A stretch of DNA of 64,000 nucleotides from an uncultured archaeon (lineage in GTDB: Archaea > Asgardarchaeota > Thorarchaeia > Thorarchaeales > Thorarchaeaceae), in NCBI GenBank assembly GCA_964631415.1, contig CAZVZC010000006.1:3001-67000 (forward strand), written 5' to 3'. The notes beneath the pieces were generated by a model, which was given only the letters and a program-made list of their open reading frames with translations, was not told the DNA's origin and searched no databases. Of the stretch, positions 56,101-61,400 are shown piece after piece. The translations under genes and the position numbers were made by a program. The stretch's first letter is position 1. Each line of letters opens with the position of its first letter.

Positions 56101-57503
56101 TCCGGTACCCCAGAGCCATGATGCTGCTTGACACTTCACATGGGGGAGGACTCAGTATAGGAGGTGGACTTGGCACCGGCAGCCAGACGGCAGACTCTGG
56201 TTCAGCGGGAATAACTGAAGGGCTTTCTATCAGCCTTGGGAGTCTTGACAGCCTCTCATCAATCACAGACATATTGGAGCAGTTCAGGATGACCACTTTC
56301 TCTGGTCTGTCCGAGATGAAGAAGTCGATGGCCTCCAGAGGCCTAGACCTCATTGAAACCCCAGGTATATCGTTGAGTCAGGAGATCCTGTCGCAGTTCT
56401 CAACCGTATTCATCATCGGACCGTCCAAAGAGTTCAACACAACTGAGATTGACATTCTGAGAGAGTTCACAGCAGAGGGAGGCCGACTCGTGGTACTGGG
56501 CGACTACGATGGTCGCGCCAACCTCACTGTGTTGAATGGCCTGCTTTCGCCCTATGGGTATGCAATGGCTGGCAAGCACACAGAAGACAACACGACCGAG
56601 ATAGTCCACAACTCGGCTCTTGGAGCAGGCTTGGAGTCCGTCTGGCTGGGAGGAGGCACGTTCATTGTCAACAACCAGTCACTGTCGGCAGTCATGCTGA
56701 CTGGCAGACCTGTGGTCCTTGTCGACAAGTCGCCCCCGGACCTCGTGCTCTTTGGGTCCTCACGTCTCTTCATGAACAAGAACCTGCCAAAGTGCAACAA
56801 CACTCTTCTGTTGCACAACCTCAACGAGTACCTGCTCTCTAACACGCTCACGTGCGTGACCAGCCTGGCAGAGAAGACGACGAGATACCCAGTCGGCAGG
56901 AGTGTCTACATCAACCTGAACGTGACAGACTACGCGGGGCAGCCTGCAAATGATCTGACTGTGTTCATTGCCTTCGAACTGCCAAATGGGAGCTTCGTAT
57001 ACTGGATTGCAGGCTTCGTAGAAAGGGGTCTCTACTCAACAAACTTTCCATACAGTTACTACAACTCGTCAGGCAGAGTAAACGGTGTATTCATTGTAAT
57101 GAGGACAGAAGAGTACGCAGGCACCTTTGCAGGTGTCAGCTTCGAGCTTTACCTAGAAACAACAACAACGCCCACTAGTGAAACAGAGGCTTTGCTGACA
57201 TTGCCTCAGATCGCATTGATCACTTCCGGGAGCGTGTTCGCCTTGTCAATCAGTATGCTGGCACTGAACAGATACCGACGGAGAAAGAAGATGCGCATTC
57301 CAGAGGTGGGTCCCGAGCTGGCCCGCGAGATAGACAACTCGCTCAACAACCTCCTTGCAGCGTTCATCCAGATGGGGGATCTCATCCATAGAGAAGACCT
57401 AGATCGTGTGCAGAAGATAGAGGTTCTGAGGGGTCTGATGAAGGGGCTGGAGGAGGCCAGAAAGAGGTTCGACAGGGTGAGTGAAACCATTGGAGGCACG
57501 TGA
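53157..57503 (+). CDS. Membrane-anchored subtilisin-like (S8) protease fused to large extracellular region including a GldG/DUF4350-like domain; C-terminal TM and cytoplasmic tail
   Basis: N-terminal anchor 'AHLVTLLVTVSVVVGALVA'. Asp 'VIAVLDTGID', His 'HGTYAASIAAG', Ser region 'KADSTAAAAAVTAG'. 'TVFIIGPSKEFNTTEIDILREFTAEGGRLVVLGD' is also present. TM 'IALITSGSVFALSISMLAL' is followed by 'RYRRRKK' and a ~70-aa tail. The track start is 53127; ATG 53157 is preferred. Confidence 0.8.
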   Translation: MLASRRNSRRAIAHLVTLLVTVSVVVGALVASMPMIPLDAMSAGTAAHIDEALLEYTASDERLDLLVGYRPEAGEIKARYAIQMADKSAEIIESFEEVGIVRVKLVGKAIMDLAENGYVTGIWSNQLKKLSTPLDQHASDVLTTNYQSPIDTVGARDLWDKGYNGTGVVIAVLDTGIDFLHADLNDFDDDNTTSDSKVTAYASFVEGDTLPVDIIGHGTYAASIAAGTGNRSGGLYAGIAPGATLLSAKVTLGGLLAAPSWIVSGIEWACSRGADIILMPFNTFGSPGDAVSVAVKTASERGVFVVAAAGDDGPDYLTIMSPGGSAAAFAVGAYDINKGEVAAFSGRGPSLDMLAKPDIVAPGTGIIGARAGNALSLAGFGSFSLGDLGGLSSLLGGSFGENVDDYYMKADSTAAAAAVTAGCVALLMEAFDRATPIVLANVLRDTATRLDEGANDAGAGLLNLEAAFHFLEQKQDPIQPHNRTTGTPLLALGLFSTQGRDASTTVLMSSYGTAIVALDQRQNQESSVHLLMGMLALRWENRSPTDFMEFQVKRELHQVAMSSGLNSYNRWVGVLSYDSLYVILLVESYNLTSSSPLPITAFRLTPFILNLGSEPVSNVSLFLSYSLDLFLDGRDDHGKYSLTNRQLFAYSISEGYQSFYVGINSSRPLDAFEVGNSSQISDHVSNDNLTGSTNFDGTVGLAMKWNFGTLPINSPKNVTIALGFGENRTMLDQSITAMWSLGPSSQVASQSDLMVVEADIPRTAIAEHAYESRAVIMNVGVNSSQAVGAMIIGQAEPGGAMIFSRFYSFDEVAPFHAEILTTDWSPTTDGIYSAAWVVAAGVEFAIALFANPTQQLATAGVALLDDFLLRDLFVVEPIQSTSVFPKWLPFAPFDIQFPADFGLYTFSLQTNVPLGNVTVEKHGDASDWGNVTLPSCASVFGYYNFSLFLLAPPITVDGYHRCDYRIITESGWTTNVTLECDLRYPRAMMLLDTSHGGGLSIGGGLGTGSQTADSGSAGITEGLSISLGSLDSLSSITDILEQFRMTTFSGLSEMKKSMASRGLDLIETPGISLSQEILSQFSTVFIIGPSKEFNTTEIDILREFTAEGGRLVVLGDYDGRANLTVLNGLLSPYGYAMAGKHTEDNTTEIVHNSALGAGLESVWLGGGTFIVNNQSLSAVMLTGRPVVLVDKSPPDLVLFGSSRLFMNKNLPKCNNTLLLHNLNEYLLSNTLTCVTSLAEKTTRYPVGRSVYINLNVTDYAGQPANDLTVFIAFELPNGSFVYWIAGFVERGLYSTNFPYSYYNSSGRVNGVFIVMRTEEYAGTFAGVSFELYLETTTTPTSETEALLTLPQIALITSGSVFALSISMLALNRYRRRKKMRIPEVGPELAREIDNSLNNLLAAFIQMGDLIHREDLDRVQKIEVLRGLMKGLEEARKRFDRVSETIGGT
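53604..54560 (+). other. Domain: peptidase S8 catalytic core
   Basis: Catalytic Asp codon at 53676-53678, His codon at 53805-53807, Ser codon at 54390-54392. The oxyanion-position codon at 54087-54089 encodes Asp. Confidence 0.75.
56341..56790 (+). other. Domain: GldG / DUF4350-like (ABC-2 transporter auxiliary, GATase1-like fold) - tentative
   Basis: 'STVFIIGPSKEFNTTEIDILREFTAEGGRLVVLGDYDG...LNGLLSPYG' resembles the 'dvlvi.gp...ls..e...l..fv..GG.Ll.l.d' core of ABC_transp_aux/DUF4350. Confidence 0.45.
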
Positions 57504-57504
57504 T

Positions 57505-58485
57505 ATGAGCACCACCCCTCGGCACGAAATCGAGATCGTCGACCTTAAGGTGGCGTTCAAGAAGCTCCTTGCACTCAAGGGAGTATCGTTCTACGCCGAC
57601 AAGAGAGAGTTCTTGGGTGTTGTGGGCGCGTCAGGAGCCGGCAAGACTACCGTGCTGAGAGTACTCACCGGGCAGATATCACCGACAGGGGGCAAGGCCT
57701 TCGTGGGCGGCTACGACGTCACCAAGAAGAGAAAACTCATCAGCCTCCTTGTTGGCTATGTGCCCCAGCTGGAGCACCTCAGCCTCTACTACGACTTCTC
57801 TGCAATTCAAAATGCGCAGTTCTTTGGCCGATGTTTTGGCATGAGACCAAAAGAGATTGAAGAGAGAGCAAGAAGCATACTGACAATCCTAGGCTTTGAT
57901 GAAGACCTGATGACCAAGAAGGTGGAGAAGCTCTCAGGAGGAGAGAGAAAGAGAGTATCGATATGCCTAGGGATGGTGCACAACCCTCCAGTGTTGCTTC
58001 TTGACGAACCAACGACAGGTCTGGATGCTCATTTACGGCATGAGACGCTGAACTACCTGAAGATGCTGAACTACGAACTCGGCACGACGATGGTGATAAT
58101 AAGCCACGACCTTGAAGTGGTGGACTACTGTACACGCGTCTGCCTGCTTGAGGACGGACAGGTTAGCCAGTTCGGCACGCCGGCCGATCTGATCTCGACG
58201 CTCCCAGGAAAAGGGGAGAGCATCCGTCTGGTCTTACCCAGAATGTCGTCTGCAGTCCTAGACAGGATTGTAGCACTGAAGAGCGTGAAATACTGGGCCA
58301 AGGCTGGCCGCAATGCAGTGAAGCTCTTTGTGGACGAGCCGCGCGAGCAGATGCTAGCCATCATAAAGAGCCTCAATGAAATGAAGATACCCTTCGAAGA
58401 GATTTCCCTTGTGGAGGCGGACTTCTTCGACTATTTCCAGGTCAAACCATGGAAGAAAAGGACCGAAGGTGTGACCCAATCATGA
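57505..58485 (+). CDS. ABC transporter ATP-binding protein (second ATPase of the module)
   Basis: Walker A 'GASGAGKTT', signature 'LSGGERKRV', Walker B 'LLLDEPTTGLD', 'ISHD', plus a ~100-aa C-terminal extension. ATG 57505 lies 1 nt after the protease stop (track start 57481). Confidence 0.85.
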   Translation: MSTTPRHEIEIVDLKVAFKKLLALKGVSFYADKREFLGVVGASGAGKTTVLRVLTGQISPTGGKAFVGGYDVTKKRKLISLLVGYVPQLEHLSLYYDFSAIQNAQFFGRCFGMRPKEIEERARSILTILGFDEDLMTKKVEKLSGGERKRVSICLGMVHNPPVLLLDEPTTGLDAHLRHETLNYLKMLNYELGTTMVIISHDLEVVDYCTRVCLLEDGQVSQFGTPADLISTLPGKGESIRLVLPRMSSAVLDRIVALKSVKYWAKAGRNAVKLFVDEPREQMLAIIKSLNEMKIPFEEISLVEADFFDYFQVKPWKKRTEGVTQS

Positions 58486-61400
58486 AGACCCTGTATGTAG
58501 CCCTGGTGACAATACTGGCACTCGCTTTGATAAGCATGCAGCAACCTGCTTCTGACCAGTTCGCCTTGCAGATTGATGTAAGACCGGTCCATACTCCATC
58601 GGCACCTGCGGTTCTCACGCCCTTCATGACGGCTTCGGTCTGGTCAAACACAACCGGTTCACAGGTAGTCGACCTTGTGCTGGCAGATGTAGACGGAGAT
58701 GGCCTGGATGAAGCAGCCGCTGTCACTCAAAACGGAACGCTCTTCTTGTTTGCAGAGAATGGCACGAAGCTCTGGCAAATGAACCTCGGTGCCTCACCTT
58801 ATGCTATGGAGCAGGCTGCGGCGGACGCTGACGCAAAGATGGAACTGCTGATAGGCACTGCGAAAGGTCTGCTTGTTGTGTGCGGCAACCAGAGTATCGC
58901 AACGAACGTCACACTTTCGAATGCTGTTAGAGCAGTGGCGCCTGTGGACTTGAACGGGGACTCAATAGATGAACTGTCGGCGGGTTGCGATGACTACAGG
59001 GTCTACGCTTACGCTCTGAACGCGACTCAGCTGTGGAACTACACAAGCAATGGACGTGTTCGCAGGATTCTGGCCGACGACTTCGACCTAGACGGACTAG
59101 GAGAGATCCTGTCTGCCTCTGATGGCAGGAGGGTCACATTACTGGAGAGCAATGGGACAGCAGTCTTCGAGGAGTTGAGCCCCAGCACCATTGGTGTCAT
59201 GGGCTCTGGTGACTTGACCGGCAGCTCTGACCTAGAGGCCATTGTTGGAACGGGCGCAGGAACAATCCAAGTCTACTGGCGAAACGGTACCCTCGCATTC
59301 TCGGTGGCCGTGAACAGCAGCGTATCCTCTCTGACTACAGGGCAAGTAGTTGTTGGAGGCTACGATGAATTTGCAGTCGGAACTTCGGGCAACGAGCTCA
59401 GAGTCTACAGCTCCTCCGGATCACTAATGTGGAACAGGACGTTGGGAGGGCAGGTTTCTGTGGTCAAGCTCCTAGATGTCGCGGGGCTGCCCGAAAATCA
59501 AGTTCTGGCGGGCTCTGACGGAGGAGCCCTGTTTCTCTACAATGCATCCGGATATCGGGTCAATCAGACTGTGGTCGGGGGTCTCGTCGGTGTTCTTGAT
59601 GTGGGTGACTTGGACGGAAATGGCAAGGCAGAGTATGCTGCAGGGACAAACACGGGACTCATGACAGTCTACGGACTTGATTATGACAGGGATGGTCTTG
59701 CCGATGCGAGAGAGACCCTTATCGTAGGCACTCTCTGGGACAATCCCGACACCGACGGTGACCGCCTGACCGACGGACAGGAGGTCCTCCAGTACGGAAC
59801 AAACCCGCTCAAGCCCGACTCTGATTCTGACGGGCTCTCAGACTTTGCAGAGGTCATCACGTATGGCACAGATCCCAACAGCGTTGACTCGGATGCTGAC
59901 AGGCTGACGGACTGGCAAGAGGTCTACCTGGGGACCAACCCCAACCGAGCTGACACAGATGGAGACCAGCTCACAGACTACGAGGAGAACAATGTCACGC
60001 TGACTGACCCAGAAGTTGCCGACACGAACGGTAACGGCATAAACGATGCCCAAGATGATAATGACGGAGAAGGTCTCACAAATATCCAGGAAGTCAGATT
60101 GACTTACACAGACCCGAACGATGTCGATTCTGACAATGATGGGGTTTCCGACTACTATGATGATCAGGACGCAGACAACCTCGCAAACTGGAAAGAGATC
60201 TCGGTCGGCACTGACCCACTAAACCCGGACAGTGACTCGGATGGTCTGCGGGACGGTGATGAGGTCAAATTCTGGAAGACGGACCCTCTCAGTGAGGACA
60301 CTGATTCGGACCAGCTGACTGACTACGACGAAGTGATGACGGTCCACTCCAATCCGAAGGTGGCAGACACCGATGGAGACGGGCTTGATGATTACGCCGA
60401 GTATGTCACCTATGGCACTAATTCCTCTGACCCTGACACTGACGACGATGGTCTCAACGACTATGATGAGATACGCGTATACTCGACGAATGCAACCAAT
60501 CCCGACAGCGACGCTGACGGACTGCTTGATGGCGCCGAGGTCAATACATGGAAGACAGACCCCAACAGTAACGACACTGACCTCGATGGCCTCACAGACT
60601 ATGCAGAGGTGGTGACTTGGCATACCAATGCTACGTTGACAGATACAGATGCAGACGGGCTAGATGACGGACAGGAGATTATTACCTACCACACCAATGC
60701 GACCTCTGTCGACACCGACCTTGACGGAGTATGGGACAAGGACGAGGTGGATCGCTATCCTATCTTCAATGCCACGAATGCGCACACGTTCAACAGCACT
60801 GTCAATGACTACGAATGGGACTACGATAGTGATGGACTTTCGAACGGCTTTGAGATATATATGACCCGGACCAATCCGTTGCTCGCAGACACTGACGGGG
60901 ACGGAACCCTTGATGATCTCGAGGACTCGGATCTTGATGGACTTGACAACTACGAGGAACTCGTCGCAGCAACACATCCCAGAAGACCGGACAGTGACGG
61001 GGATGGCGTGAAGGATGGTGACGAGGTCAAGGTCCTAGACACGGACCCTAATGACAAGGATACCGATGACGACTCCACAAATGACTATGACGAGGACTTC
61101 GACGGAGACCGACTATCAAACGGTGTCGAACTATACATAACGCATACGGACCCGAAGAACGCCCACACTCACGGAGCAGGACAGGCTCGTGACGACTACT
61201 ATGATAGTGACAGCGACGGGCTGTCCAATTGGTTCGAAGTGGTGATGAGCCGCACCGATCCAGTCTACAATGATACGGATGACGACGGCACTCTCGACAC
61301 ACAGGAAGACCCTGACAATGACAGACTTGACAACATTCACGAGTTTCTTGCGGGGACTGACCCCTTGGCAGCTGACACGGACAGCGATGGACTGACCGAC

